Both the position numbers and the translations under genes were made by a program. A DNA stretch of 64,000 bases from Spirochaetaceae bacterium. Its GTDB lineage: Bacteria > Spirochaetota > Spirochaetia > DSM-2461. The notes under the pieces were generated by a model, which was not told the origin of the DNA, did not search any database, and was given only the letters and a program-made list of their open reading frames with translations. The stretch spans positions 32,001 through 96,000 of the forward strand of contig JAOPTT010000014.1 of assembly GCA_051531975.1 (NCBI GenBank). The letters are read 5' to 3'. This document shows positions 37,897 to 48,522 of this stretch, piece by piece. The first letter of the stretch is position 1. Each line of letters opens with the position of its first letter.

Positions 37897-39522
37897 TTAA
37901 ACAGCGTCTCCCATGAATATCTTCATGTCTTCTGCAACTTCACCAATTGGTGCAATTCCAAAGTTTTCAACCAGAACGTTTGCAACGTTAGGTGATAAGA
38001 ATGCTGGAAGTGTTGGACCTAAGTGAATGTTTTTAACACCTAAGTGTAGAAGTGCTAATAATACAATTACAGCCTTCTGCTCATACCATGCAATGTTGTA
38101 TGCAATTGGTAAATCGTTAACACTATCAAGTTCAAAGATCTCTTGTAATTTAAGTGCAATAAGTACTAAAGAATATGAGTCGTTACACTGACCTGCATCT
38201 AATACTCTTGGGATTCCACCAATATCACCTAAGTTTAACTTGTTATATCTAAACTTTGCACAACCTGCAGTTAAAATAACTGTATCTTTTGGTAAAGCTT
38301 CTGCAAATTCTGTGTAGTAATTTCTACCTTTTTGTCTACCATCACAACCGGCCATTACAAAGAACTTCTTTATAGCACCAGATTTAACAGCATCTACTAC
38401 TTTATCAGCTAATGCAAATACCTGGTTATGTGCAAATCCACCAACAATTTTACCTGTTTCAATCTCTGTTGGAGAAGCTGTTGTTTTAGCTTGCTCAATA
38501 ATTGCACTATAATCGTAATCAGATACATGTGTTACACCTGCAAAACCAGTTTCACCTGTTGTATATAATCTATCTCTATAAGCATCTGTAGGAGGAACTA
38601 AACAGTTAGAAGTCATTAATATTGGTCCGTTAAACTTTTCGAACTCTTCTTTTTGTGCCCACCAAGCATTACCATAGTTACCAGCAAAATGCTCGTACTT
38701 TTTAAATGCAGGGTAATATTGTGCAGCTAACATTTCAGAGTGAGTATAAACATCAACTCCTGTACCTTCTGTTTGCTTTAATAACTCGTCTATATCTTTT
38801 AAATCGTGTCCACTAATTAAGATACCTGGGTTATTTCTAACACCTAAGTCTACTTCTGTAATTTCTGGGTTACCATAAGTAGAAGTATTTGCAGTATCTA
38901 ATAGTGCCATACAATCAACACCAAACTTACCAGTTTCTAATGTTAGTCCAACTAACTCGTCAACTGTTTTAGTATCGTTAGCAGTAGCTGCTAAAGCTCT
39001 ATACATAAAGTCATAAATATCTGTATTAATTTTACCTAATGCACCAGCATGTGAAACATAAGCTGCAACACCTTTTAGTCCACCAACTATTAACTCTCTT
39101 AAAGATCTAATATCTTCGTCTTCTGTTGCTAAAATTGAAGAAACAGTTCCAATAAGTGGGTATTCTGAAGTTGTTTTTGGTTCCCACAGTGCTGATGATG
39201 GAGCATCTGATAGGTCTAAACCTTTTGCAACTGCTTTAGCTTTTAAGTCAGCCTTAACAGCTAATGCTTTTGTAATTTCTTCTTCAAATATTGCATCGTT
39301 AAAGTTTGCATTTGTAATTGTTTTAAATAGACCCGCTGTAACAACTTGTCCAACATGATTTTCTGTTTCTACTTTTTCTGCAAAGTATGATAAACCTTTT
39401 AAAGTATATATAAGTACGTCTTGTAATAACGCTGTCTCATCTTTTTTTCCACATACACCGGCTGATCCTGTGCACCCCTTATTTCCTGCTGCTTCCTGAC
39501 ATTGATAACAAAACATTGACAT
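37897..39522 (-). CDS. hcp: hybrid cluster protein (hydroxylamine/NO reductase)
   Basis: MFCYQCQE...GC...[25 protein letters not shown] and WYEQKAV motifs. Confidence 0.97.
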   Translation of the reverse strand: MSMFCYQCQEAAGNKGCTGSAGVCGKKDETALLQDVLIYTLKGLSYFAEKVETENHVGQVVTAGLFKTITNANFNDAIFEEEITKALAVKADLKAKAVAKGLDLSDAPSSALWEPKTTSEYPLIGTVSSILATEDEDIRSLRELIVGGLKGVAAYVSHAGALGKINTDIYDFMYRALAATANDTKTVDELVGLTLETGKFGVDCMALLDTANTSTYGNPEITEVDLGVRNNPGILISGHDLKDIDELLKQTEGTGVDVYTHSEMLAAQYYPAFKKYEHFAGNYGNAWWAQKEEFEKFNGPILMTSNCLVPPTDAYRDRLYTTGETGFAGVTHVSDYDYSAIIEQAKTTASPTEIETGKIVGGFAHNQVFALADKVVDAVKSGAIKKFFVMAGCDGRQKGRNYYTEFAEALPKDTVILTAGCAKFRYNKLNLGDIGGIPRVLDAGQCNDSYSLVLIALKLQEIFELDSVNDLPIAYNIAWYEQKAVIVLLALLHLGVKNIHLGPTLPAFLSPNVANVLVENFGIAPIGEVAEDMKIFMGDAV

Positions 39523-39619
39523 ATAATAGTCTCCTTAGTTGATTCGGCGGCCACATTGTGTCGGCCAACCTTAAATTCTGATTGATAAGAAGAATATAAC
39601 AAAGCTTTATATTTAGTTC

Positions 39620-39635
39620 TGTAACTTATGTTACA
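39620..39635. promoter_or_regulatory. HcpR-type operator TGTAAC-N4-GTTACA
   Basis: Perfect-arm palindrome about 100 bp upstream of hcp. Confidence 0.75.
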
Positions 39636-39796
39636 CATTAATCATTTATTTCAAATAAAATCCTACTATGCAGATGGGAAACCTTTTATTTTTACTACTT
39701 GTTAAATGTCTTAAGGTATTAAATAGTTAATAATAAGTAAAAAATCAATTTTATTTTACTTATGACTTTTCAGATAATATTATATAGTATATTATT

Positions 39797-39806
39797 TTGT
39801 ATACAA
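39797..39806. promoter_or_regulatory. GntR/FadR-type operator TTGTATACAA
   Basis: Perfect palindrome upstream of the glycerate kinase gene; recurs at 42282, 42348, 43174 and, with one mismatch, 52184. Confidence 0.75.
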
Positions 39807-39830
39807 TATATCGCATCCTCAGGAGACATT

Positions 39831-40967
39831 ATGAAGTTCTTAATAGCACCAGACTCTTTTAAAGGTTCATGTTCAAGTTTAGAAGCAGCAAATAGCATAG
39901 AGAAAGGGATTTTAAAAGTATTCCCTAATAGTCAAACAGTTAAATTATCAGTTGCTGATGGTGGAGAAGGAACAGTAGAGGCTATTTTACAAAGTTGTAA
40001 TGGAAAACTTATATATAAAACAGTTACAGGCCCAGACAATAACCCTGTAGAAGCATCTTATGGGATCCTACCTAATGGTACAGCAATTATAGAGATGGCA
40101 TCGGCGTCAGGTCTGCCTATAGTTCCAATTGAGAAACGGAATGCTCTTACAGCAACAACCAAAGGAACAGGTGAATTGATAATTTCAGCTATAGATAATG
40201 GTTGTACAAAAATTATTATCGGCTTAGGAGGTAGTGCAACAACAGATGGTGGTGTTGGTATGGCACAAGCCCTAGGTTACTCTTTTTTAGATGCCAATGG
40301 AAAAGAACTAGAAAATGGTGGAGGTGTTTTATCTGACCTTGTTAAAATATCAGATAAAAATATTGATTCAAGAATTACAGGTGTAGAATTTATAGCAGCA
40401 TGCGATGTAAATAATCCTCTATTTGGAAAGACAGGTGCTGCTTATATTTATGCCCCACAAAAGGCTGCAACAACTGATATGGTTAAACTATTAGACAGTG
40501 GTCTTATACATTTAGATTCAGTAGTAAAAGATACCTTAGGTGTTAATAATAGTAATACACTTGGAGCTGGAGCCGCTGGTGGATTAGGATTTGGTGTATT
40601 AACCTTCTGCAAAGGTATATTAAAATCTGGAATAACAACTGTTTTAGATGCCATAGAATTCGATAAACATCTAGAAGGTACAGATTTAGTGATAACTGGG
40701 GAAGGCCGAATTGATGGTCAGTCATTAAATGGAAAGGTGCCAGTGGGAATTGCAGAGAAAACAAAGTCTAAAAATATTCCTCTTTTAGTAATAGCTGGGG
40801 GAATAGGAGATAAAATAGATGAAGCCTATAAGCTAGGAATTGATAGTGTAATGTCCATTGTTAACTGCCCTATGCCACTAGAAGAAGCGATGAATAATAG
40901 TAAAGAGCTATTAACTGATTCAGCAGAACGGGCTATGAGAATGATAAAAATAGGAATGAATCTATAA
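39831..40967 (+). CDS. glxK: glycerate kinase (GlxK/GarK family)
   Basis: IAPDSFKGS, ADGGEGT, GGSATTDGG and TGEGRIDGQS motifs; AGGAG RBS before ATG 39831. Confidence 0.93.
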   Translation: MKFLIAPDSFKGSCSSLEAANSIEKGILKVFPNSQTVKLSVADGGEGTVEAILQSCNGKLIYKTVTGPDNNPVEASYGILPNGTAIIEMASASGLPIVPIEKRNALTATTKGTGELIISAIDNGCTKIIIGLGGSATTDGGVGMAQALGYSFLDANGKELENGGGVLSDLVKISDKNIDSRITGVEFIAACDVNNPLFGKTGAAYIYAPQKAATTDMVKLLDSGLIHLDSVVKDTLGVNNSNTLGAGAAGGLGFGVLTFCKGILKSGITTVLDAIEFDKHLEGTDLVITGEGRIDGQSLNGKVPVGIAEKTKSKNIPLLVIAGGIGDKIDEAYKLGIDSVMSIVNCPMPLEEAMNNSKELLTDSAERAMRMIKIGMNL

Positions 40968-41600
40968 GTCCTTTTGTGCTAAACGCTCTCTAGTTCGCCA
41001 ATGGTGTTCCATGAGCTTCTTTTGAGCTAAATGTACATCTTTATCCTTTATTGATTTAATAATATCCATATGTTCAGCAAGTGACTCTTCTGGAGGTCTA
41101 ATTAAACCTTGTTGATAACACCTAATTATAAACTCACACCTAGAAATGAAATCCAAAATCAACTGATTTCCAGACATTTTTAAAATTGATGAGTGAAATT
41201 CTTGGTCTTTTTTCTGGTATCTTTTATATTTAGATTCAGGAACTGGTAGCGAAAACTCATCAAAAAGAGTTAAAATCCTACCCCACTCTTTATCATTTAA
41301 CTTTTCCATGCATATGTGCAGAGCTGTGCCTTCTAAACCTGCCCTAACCTCAAAAAGTTCTATCATATCCTTATTTGTAAACACTTTAACATAGAGCTCT
41401 CTTCTCTCTCTCTGTTCAATTATTCCTTCGTTTATAAGTCTATTTAATGCTTCTGTAACAGGGGTTAAGCTGACATCTAACATAGCTGCTAACTCTTTCT
41501 TTTGAACCTTTTCTCCTGGTTTTAAATCTTTATTTAACAACATTTTTACAATCTGCTCATATACTAAGTCACTTAATATTTCTTTAGATATCATTTCCAT
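40962..41600 (-). CDS. GntR (FCD) family regulator
   Basis: LAAMLDVSLTPVTEAL HTH; DQEFH and EHMDII FCD motifs. Confidence 0.9.
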   Translation of the reverse strand: MEMISKEILSDLVYEQIVKMLLNKDLKPGEKVQKKELAAMLDVSLTPVTEALNRLINEGIIEQRERRELYVKVFTNKDMIELFEVRAGLEGTALHICMEKLNDKEWGRILTLFDEFSLPVPESKYKRYQKKDQEFHSSILKMSGNQLILDFISRCEFIIRCYQQGLIRPPEESLAEHMDIIKSIKDKDVHLAQKKLMEHHWRTRERLAQKDL

Positions 41601-41603
41601 AAT

Positions 41604-42239
41604 CTACCCCTTAACCCGGGCAAAACCATATTTAAGGTGTCTTAACATAACTTCCTCTGCTGCATCTGGGTCTCCACTAAAAATAGCCTCTGCAACTTTT
41701 TTATGACTATCTATACTAGACTTGAAATTTATATCCGATGCATTTTGATTACTTAAACTGATAATGTTATAAGAAGATAACATAGTACTTAACATATTAT
41801 TTTGACTCATTTCCATTATTTGTTTATGAAACTCATAATCATGATTATTAAACTCTGCAAAGTCACTACTTGATACTATATGAACTGCATCTAAAGCCAT
41901 ATCCAGTAGTTCTTTTTTTTGTTCTGAGGTTCCAAACTCAGCTGCCTTCCTTGCACCTAAAGGTTCTAAACGTAATCTAATATCAAATAGATTCAGTCTC
42001 TCCTCTTGGCTCATTTCATATATAAAAAATCCACGCCTAGGTATACTTTTAACTAACCACTCTTTTTCTAACTTAGAGAATGCAGATAATATTGGAGTTC
42101 TAGATACACCTAATTTTGATGCGATATCTTCTTGAACTAGTTTCTGCCCTGGAACTAACTCTCTATTTAAGATCATATCTTTTATACTTGTATATACTTT
42201 TTCTGTTAACCCTAGTGTTTCAACTTTATATTCTTTCAT
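41604..42239 (-). CDS. GntR (FCD) family regulator
   Basis: IASKLGVSRTPI HTH; DYEFH and SHKKV FCD motifs. Confidence 0.9.
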   Translation of the reverse strand: MKEYKVETLGLTEKVYTSIKDMILNRELVPGQKLVQEDIASKLGVSRTPILSAFSKLEKEWLVKSIPRRGFFIYEMSQEERLNLFDIRLRLEPLGARKAAEFGTSEQKKELLDMALDAVHIVSSSDFAEFNNHDYEFHKQIMEMSQNNMLSTMLSSYNIISLSNQNASDINFKSSIDSHKKVAEAIFSGDPDAAEEVMLRHLKYGFARVKG

Positions 42240-42279
42240 AAACTAAGTATGTAATTAAATTTGCTTGGCGTCAACGATG

Positions 42280-42357
42280 TTTTGTATACAAAATGATAAA
42301 AACAAAAAAATACTTATTGACAGCACATCTATTCCGTGTGTAATATATTGTATACAA
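42280..42357. promoter_or_regulatory. divergent promoter with two TTGTATACAA operators (42282-42291, 42348-42357) and a TTGACA -35 at 42317
   Basis: Read directly; the operators flank the promoter of the isomerase operon. Confidence 0.75.
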
Positions 42358-42379
42358 AATAATAAATAAGGATTAAACG

Positions 42380-43219
42380 TTGATTGGAGTTTCACCAGCA
42401 TTTTACATTTCTAAGAATACATCACATTTTACTGTCCAGGATCAAATAGATAGTATGAAATGGTTAAGTGACAATAATTTTAACTCTCTTCAACTAGAAG
42501 TCTTCCATTACGATCAGTTAGATCAGTGGACATTTAATAATTGTGTTAAACTCAAAGATTCATTAAGCGACAATGGACTTCAAGTTAGCCAGTTTGTAGC
42601 TCATTTTCTAATGAACTGTTTTGACAGTGTGGAGTCAATAAAGTCAGACAGTGGATTAGCCGAGTTAGAGTTTATCTCTGTTATTTTAAATAATTTTGAA
42701 CTCACTAAAACCATAACAGTTCCAGTTCCTGCTTTTGCTGGTGCAACTAATAACAGAGATATTCTCGATTTATTTGATAAAAAACTTAGCTTAATAGAAG
42801 CTATAGCAGTAAAACATAACCTAACTTTAGCTTTAGAGCCTCAACCAGGTAGTTTAGCAGCGGATCTAACATATCTTAAAAGGTTCGAGAATATTGGATT
42901 AAACCTAGATCCTGGCCATATTTCATGTAGTGGAATAGACCCATTTACATTAGGTTCTGATATTTTATCTAAGGTTAAAGCTACCCATCTATGCGAAAAT
43001 GATGGTATTAAGAATTTATCATTAAGACCTGGAAGTTTAGAATATAACTGGGCAGAATTAATAAATAATTTATTTGCTGCAGGGTATAAAGGATCTTTAG
43101 ATATAGAGATTATTTGTCCTGTAGAACAGGTTGAAGCTGAATACAGAAGTGGAAACTTTTTTTTAAGCACAATTTGTATACAAAATAACATATACAGTAA
43201 AGGAGTAATAAGAGTATGA
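42380..43219 (+). CDS. sugar-phosphate isomerase/epimerase family (AP-endonuclease-2 TIM barrel)
   Basis: ALEPQPG, GLNLDPGH, HLCEND and LDIEI metal-ligand motifs. Confidence 0.8.
   Translation: MIGVSPAFYISKNTSHFTVQDQIDSMKWLSDNNFNSLQLEVFHYDQLDQWTFNNCVKLKDSLSDNGLQVSQFVAHFLMNCFDSVESIKSDSGLAELEFISVILNNFELTKTITVPVPAFAGATNNRDILDLFDKKLSLIEAIAVKHNLTLALEPQPGSLAADLTYLKRFENIGLNLDPGHISCSGIDPFTLGSDILSKVKATHLCENDGIKNLSLRPGSLEYNWAELINNLFAAGYKGSLDIEIICPVEQVEAEYRSGNFFLSTICIQNNIYSKGVIRV
43174..43183. promoter_or_regulatory. internal TTGTATACAA operator
   Basis: Perfect copy in the 3' end of the first isomerase gene, 33 bp upstream of the next start. Confidence 0.6.
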
Positions 43220-44190
43220 GTAATCAGCCAAAATTTGGTTTAATAACCAGTTTCCTTGGGCAAACCCACGATAGGTTCCGTTCATATAATCAGCCTGCGA
43301 CAATTGAGGAAAAATTTACAATAATGCAGTCTTTATCAGATACTAATGGAGTAGAGCTTGTTTATCCATACGAGGTAAATGATGCCCCAAAAATTAAGTC
43401 TTTATTACCAAAGTATGGCTTAGAGATGGCTGCGGTTAATGTAAACATTAAAAAAGAAGATCTTTTTATTCACGGTAGTATTTCTAGTCCAGACAAGACA
43501 ATTAGAAAAGAAGCTGTACAGATGATTAAAGATGCAAAGGATTTCGCTGCAAATGTTGGTGCAGACAAAGTTCAATGTTGCCCATTAGGTGATGGATATG
43601 AGTATAGCTTTCAATCTGACTACTCAACTTCTTGGAAACATATTGTTGAATCTATAGAAGAAGCTGGAGCATATAAACCAGAGATTCCTCTATTTATAGA
43701 GTATAAACCTAATGAAATTAGAGGTAACTGTTTTATTAACAACGCTGCAAAAACACTTTGTCTTTTAAAAGATGTTGGAAACACAGCTGTTGGTACTACT
43801 TTAGATTTTGGTCACTCAATTTATGGTGGAGAAACTCCAGCAGAAGCACTTTGTCTATTAGCAGATAGTGATTACCCATACTATGTTCATATTAATGATA
43901 ATGACGGTAGATGGGATTGGGACTACATGTGTGGAACAAACCATTTTCAGCAATATGTAGAGTTTGTTTATTACTTAAAAAGATTTGGTTATAGCGACTA
44001 TTTAACATCTGATACATCCCCTACTCGGGTTGATATGAAAGAGTGTTTTGAAGCAAATGCCAGATGGACAAGAAAAATATGGGATCTATTAGACACTATG
44101 GATCTTAAACATCTAACTAGTCTTTTAAATCAGACTGATTTTATCAAGAACTGGAAATTTTTAGAAAAAGAACTCTATTTTAGAGGGTAA
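43216..44190 (+). CDS. xylose-isomerase-like TIM-barrel aldose-ketose isomerase
   Basis: FIEYKPNE, LDFGHS and HINDNDGRWDWD motifs. Confidence 0.8.
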   Translation: MSNQPKFGLITSFLGQTHDRFRSYNQPATIEEKFTIMQSLSDTNGVELVYPYEVNDAPKIKSLLPKYGLEMAAVNVNIKKEDLFIHGSISSPDKTIRKEAVQMIKDAKDFAANVGADKVQCCPLGDGYEYSFQSDYSTSWKHIVESIEEAGAYKPEIPLFIEYKPNEIRGNCFINNAAKTLCLLKDVGNTAVGTTLDFGHSIYGGETPAEALCLLADSDYPYYVHINDNDGRWDWDYMCGTNHFQQYVEFVYYLKRFGYSDYLTSDTSPTRVDMKECFEANARWTRKIWDLLDTMDLKHLTSLLNQTDFIKNWKFLEKELYFRG

Positions 44191-44242
44191 AAAAGCAATA
44201 CACAGACAGTATAGTCTGTTAATATATTTGAAGGAGATTATT

Positions 44243-45244
44243 ATGAAGAAATTGTTATTACTGGTAACATGTGTTTTAGTATCAGGAATTCTTTTTGCAG
44301 AGGGTCAGCAGGAATATCCTGCTAGAGACATCACTAACGTATTAGTTTGGGGTGCTGGTGGTGGAACCGACTCATGTAACCGTGTTGTAATGGCAGAAAT
44401 GTCTAAAGAACTAGGTGTTAACATCAATGTTGTTAATAAGCCTGGTGGTGTTGCCGGATCAGTTGGTATGGCTGATGCTTTCTCAAAAGAATCAGATGGT
44501 TATACTATCTGTGGTCTTTCTGAATCTTGTGTAACTTCTGCAGTTATGGGTGGATTTCACGAAAGAATGAATGTTTGGGACTTTTTTGTAATAGGTGGAT
44601 CTCCTGATGTACTTTCAGTAACTGCTGATGCTCCTTATAATACTATTGAAGAGTTAGTTGAATATGCTAAAGCAAACCCAGGAGAAATCCAGGCTGGCGC
44701 AGCTGGTGCAGGTTCAATTCACCACTTAAACTTATTAGCTTTAGAAAAAGGTACTGGTGCTGACTTTAACTTTATACCTTACGATGGTTCAGCTCCTGCT
44801 CAAAACGCTGCAATGACAGGTGAAATTACAGTAATTATTACTTCTGTTGCAGAGCAAGCTCAACTAATTAGAGGTGGAAAATTAAAGCCACTAGCTGTTT
44901 TAGTTCCAGATGCATTTGACCTTGACGGAATGATGTTACCATCAGCATTAAAAGCATACCCATCATTAAATGAAGTTTTACCAATAGGTCAAGCAATTGG
45001 TTTTGGTATTAAAAAAGATGCTGACCAGGCTATTAAAGATAAATTAACAGATGCATTTAAAGTTGCAATGAAATCAAAAGCTGTTCAAGACTTTGGTAAA
45101 AACAACTTTTATATTCTATCTGGTGCTTATGGTTCAGAAGCTGGAAAGATATTTGACGATTTAGAGTCAAACTTTGCATGGACTTTAGATGAACTAGGTT
45201 CAGCTAAAATTAGCCCTGCTTCTTTAGGGATTCCTAAACTTTAA
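44243..45244 (+). CDS. tctC: tripartite tricarboxylate transporter substrate-binding protein (TctC/Bug)
   Basis: Signal peptide; YP.RDIT, WGAGGGTD, NKPGG and DGYT motifs. Confidence 0.9.
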   Translation: MKKLLLLVTCVLVSGILFAEGQQEYPARDITNVLVWGAGGGTDSCNRVVMAEMSKELGVNINVVNKPGGVAGSVGMADAFSKESDGYTICGLSESCVTSAVMGGFHERMNVWDFFVIGGSPDVLSVTADAPYNTIEELVEYAKANPGEIQAGAAGAGSIHHLNLLALEKGTGADFNFIPYDGSAPAQNAAMTGEITVIITSVAEQAQLIRGGKLKPLAVLVPDAFDLDGMMLPSALKAYPSLNEVLPIGQAIGFGIKKDADQAIKDKLTDAFKVAMKSKAVQDFGKNNFYILSGAYGSEAGKIFDDLESNFAWTLDELGSAKISPASLGIPKL

Positions 45245-45273
45245 GAATCCCAAAACATAATAAATTCAATTTT

Positions 45274-45295
45274 GGATACCTCCTGGGAGGTATCC
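45274..45295 (+). terminator. GC-rich stem-loop after tctC
   Basis: GGATACCTCC-TG-GGAGGTATCC perfect inverted repeat. Confidence 0.7.
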
Positions 45296-45327
45296 TTATA
45301 TTAGAAATCTAGAGAGGAAACCTGGAA

Positions 45328-46074
45328 ATGGAAGAAAAAAAACTTCGACAATACGATTTTGTAACAGCCATTGGACTAATATTATTTAGTTTTTGGGAAC
45401 TTGCAGAAGCACTTAAAATGCCTATGAAGGAATCATATGGAGGAGTACAAAACGATTGGTATGTATCTCCTGCTCTTCTGCCTCTTTTTATCGGTCTAGG
45501 AATTCTGCTTTTAGGAACACTTTTATTAGTTAATGCAATAAAAAGTGGCGGTGCTAAATCATTTATTGATGCAGCTAAAGCTAGTTCAAACATGAAGTTA
45601 ACTGTGGAGACTAAAAGAGTTTTTACTACAGTATTAGCCCTATTTACATTTATATTTTTACTTATTCCAAATGTAGACTTTTTCCTGAGCATAATACTAT
45701 TTCTTTTTGTTATATGTTCAGCATTTCTACCAGATGAGGAAGAGTACAGAAAAATAATAAACGGACAATTAATTATTGCAGCTATCGTATTATCAGTAAT
45801 AGCTTTTACTGGTGTTGGCGACCTATTAAGGGGAGTATTTAAATATACACTTGATATTTTAGCTTTACTGTTTATTATCTACATTAATATTTATAGTCGT
45901 ATTAAAGCTAAGGGTTTTAACTTTTCCGCTAAAATTTTGAGAAAAATAACTATTATATCAATAATAGTTCCTTTAATACTTTGTCCATTATTTCGGTATT
46001 TTTTACTTGTACCGCTACCGGTTGAAGGTGGAATCATTAAACTAATGAACCTTCTTTATTACACAATAAGATAG
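45328..46074 (+). CDS. TctB-like membrane subunit (long form)
   Basis: WYVSPALLP and LLVPLP motifs, TM-rich; lies between tctC and tctA. Confidence 0.75.
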   Translation: MEEKKLRQYDFVTAIGLILFSFWELAEALKMPMKESYGGVQNDWYVSPALLPLFIGLGILLLGTLLLVNAIKSGGAKSFIDAAKASSNMKLTVETKRVFTTVLALFTFIFLLIPNVDFFLSIILFLFVICSAFLPDEEEYRKIINGQLIIAAIVLSVIAFTGVGDLLRGVFKYTLDILALLFIIYINIYSRIKAKGFNFSAKILRKITIISIIVPLILCPLFRYFLLVPLPVEGGIIKLMNLLYYTIR

Positions 46075-46087
46075 GCAGGGAGGTCAT

Positions 46088-47638
46088 ATGGAATTTTTAG
46101 AACCGTTACAGGTATTTTTAGTTAATATAGGTGGATTAATAACTAATCCAGTTTCCATGCTGATTCTTTTTGGATCTGTTATTATGGGTATCGTATTTGG
46201 AGCAACACCAGGATTAACAGCAACTTTAGGTGTAGCATTATTAACAACATTAACATATGGAATGGATGTTTCAACAGCAATGGTTGCCCTAATGGGTATT
46301 TACGTTGGTGGAGTTTATGGTGGTAGTTATACTGCGATATTAGTAAACATTCCAGGAACAGCAGCATCGGCTGCAACAGCATTAGATGGATATCCACTAG
46401 CCTTAAAAGGCCAAGCTGGACGAGCACTTGGTTTAACTACTACTTCATCAGCTATTGGAACAGTTATTGGAATGGTATTTGTTGTACTTCTATCTCCGAT
46501 AATCTCCGCTTTAGCACTTGAGTTTACATCCTTTGAGTTCTTTTTACTTGCACTTTTTGGTATTGTAATTAGTGGAACTTTAACCAGTCAAGATTTAGTT
46601 TACAAAGGTTGGATCGCAGGACTTATAGGTCTATGGTTTTCAACAATTGGTCGAGATAGTCTACAGTTCTTCCCAAGATATACTTTTGGAATGAATGAAT
46701 TAGAAGGTGGTTTAGACCTTGTACCTGTTCTTATTGGTGCATTTGGTATACCACAAATAATGCAGACAATTAGAGACAATTTTAAAATAAAAGAGACAAA
46801 AAAGTTTAAAAGAATATTACCTGAGATTGGTACAATAGTAAAAAATACTCCATCTATAATTAGATCATCTTTAATAGGTGTTGGTATTGGAGCTGTTCCA
46901 GGAATCGGGGAAGATATAGCAGGTTGGGTATCATACGGTGCGGCCAAAAAAGCTAGTAAACACCCAGAAGAATTTGGTAAAGGTTCAGTAGAAGCTGTAA
47001 TATCAACTGAGACAGCTAATAATGCATGTATTGGTGGAGCAATGATTCCTCTATTAAACTTAGGAATTCCAGGAAGTCCTCCAGCAGCAATGTTATTAGG
47101 TGCTTTTATGTTACATGGTATACAACCTGGTCCCATGTTAAGTATTGATAGACCTACATTTGTTTTAGAGATAACTGCAATTTTACTACTAGCATCCATT
47201 ACGATGTGGGTATGTGGAATGTTATTAACTAAACAAGTTATTAAGGTTTTAAAAATACCAACATCCCTATTTATGCCAATAATTGCAGTACTTTGTGTAA
47301 TTGGTTCATATGCACTTGGAATGAGAATTTTTAACCTATACTTAATGTTACCTATAGGAATAATAGCTTACTTATTATCCGAAATGAAATATCCAATTGC
47401 CCCACTAATAATTGGAGTAATACTTGGAGATATGTGTGACCAAAACCTTAGAAGAGCATTAATGGTTTCTAAAGGAAGTTTCATGCCAGTACTTACTAGG
47501 CCAGTGTCGTTAGTATTAGTAATAATAATTTTAGTACTAATTGCAGGACAGATTCCATTCTTTCAGAGATTACAGAAAACAATGAAAGATAAGTTTATGT
47601 CTATGTTTAGCAGAAAGGTTAAAACAGAAGAAGCTTAA
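46088..47638 (+). CDS. tctA: tripartite tricarboxylate transporter permease TctA
   Basis: GATPGL, NIPGT, DGYPLA, ETANNA and LGIPGS motifs. Confidence 0.93.
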   Translation: MEFLEPLQVFLVNIGGLITNPVSMLILFGSVIMGIVFGATPGLTATLGVALLTTLTYGMDVSTAMVALMGIYVGGVYGGSYTAILVNIPGTAASAATALDGYPLALKGQAGRALGLTTTSSAIGTVIGMVFVVLLSPIISALALEFTSFEFFLLALFGIVISGTLTSQDLVYKGWIAGLIGLWFSTIGRDSLQFFPRYTFGMNELEGGLDLVPVLIGAFGIPQIMQTIRDNFKIKETKKFKRILPEIGTIVKNTPSIIRSSLIGVGIGAVPGIGEDIAGWVSYGAAKKASKHPEEFGKGSVEAVISTETANNACIGGAMIPLLNLGIPGSPPAAMLLGAFMLHGIQPGPMLSIDRPTFVLEITAILLLASITMWVCGMLLTKQVIKVLKIPTSLFMPIIAVLCVIGSYALGMRIFNLYLMLPIGIIAYLLSEMKYPIAPLIIGVILGDMCDQNLRRALMVSKGSFMPVLTRPVSLVLVIIILVLIAGQIPFFQRLQKTMKDKFMSMFSRKVKTEEA

Positions 47639-47685
47639 TACAACACAATAAAACTAAATTAAACAGAATATCTCAGGAGTAAATT

Positions 47686-48522
47686 ATGAATAATAATGAA
47701 AAGACAATCGAGCTACGTCTAAAAGCTAAAGAGCTTCGAACAACAACATTAAAAATGATACATAAAGCTGGTTCAGGACATCCTGGAGGTTCTTTATCAG
47801 CTGCAGATTTTATGACTGCGTTATATTTTAATGAATTAAATATTAGACCAGAAGAGCCTAATTGGGCAGATAGAGATCGGTTTGTTCTATCAAAAGGTCA
47901 TGTTTGCCCTATTTTATACTCTTCTTTGGCTCTAAAAGGATATTTCCCATATAAAACAATTTATACATTAAGGGTTCAAGGTTCCATTTTACAAGGTCAC
48001 CCTGATATGAAAGTTTGTCCAGGTATTGATATTAGCACTGGGTCTTTAGGGCAAGGTTTATCAACTGCTGTAGGAATGGCATTAGCTGCTAAAAGAGATG
48101 GTAAAGATTATAGGGCATTCTGTGTAGTTGGGGATGGTGAGTGTAACGAAGGTCAGATTTGGGAAGCTGTTATGACTGCTGTTAAATACGAGTTAGATAA
48201 CTTAGTTATTATTGTAGATAACAACAACTTACAAAATGATAATTCATGTGATGTTGTAATGCCTACAGGTGACCTTAAAGGTAAGTTTGAAGCCTTTGGA
48301 TGTGAGTCTTTTGATATAGATGGTCATGATATGGCGGAAATATTGGATACATTAGATAAAATTAGAGCAAGCAAAGTAAAAGCTCCTAAATGTATTGTTG
48401 GTAAAACTGTAAAAGGTAAAGGTGTATCTTTTATGGAGAATGTTGTTGGATGGCATGGAATGGCTCCTAACGATGAGCAACTAGCAATAGCACTAAAAGA
48501 GATAAACGAGGTAGAAGTATGA
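47686..48522 (+). CDS. split transketolase, N-terminal (TPP-binding) subunit
   Basis: SGHPGGSLS, DRFVLSKGH, TGSLGQG and GDGECNEG motifs. Confidence 0.93.
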   Translation: MNNNEKTIELRLKAKELRTTTLKMIHKAGSGHPGGSLSAADFMTALYFNELNIRPEEPNWADRDRFVLSKGHVCPILYSSLALKGYFPYKTIYTLRVQGSILQGHPDMKVCPGIDISTGSLGQGLSTAVGMALAAKRDGKDYRAFCVVGDGECNEGQIWEAVMTAVKYELDNLVIIVDNNNLQNDNSCDVVMPTGDLKGKFEAFGCESFDIDGHDMAEILDTLDKIRASKVKAPKCIVGKTVKGKGVSFMENVVGWHGMAPNDEQLAIALKEINEVEV

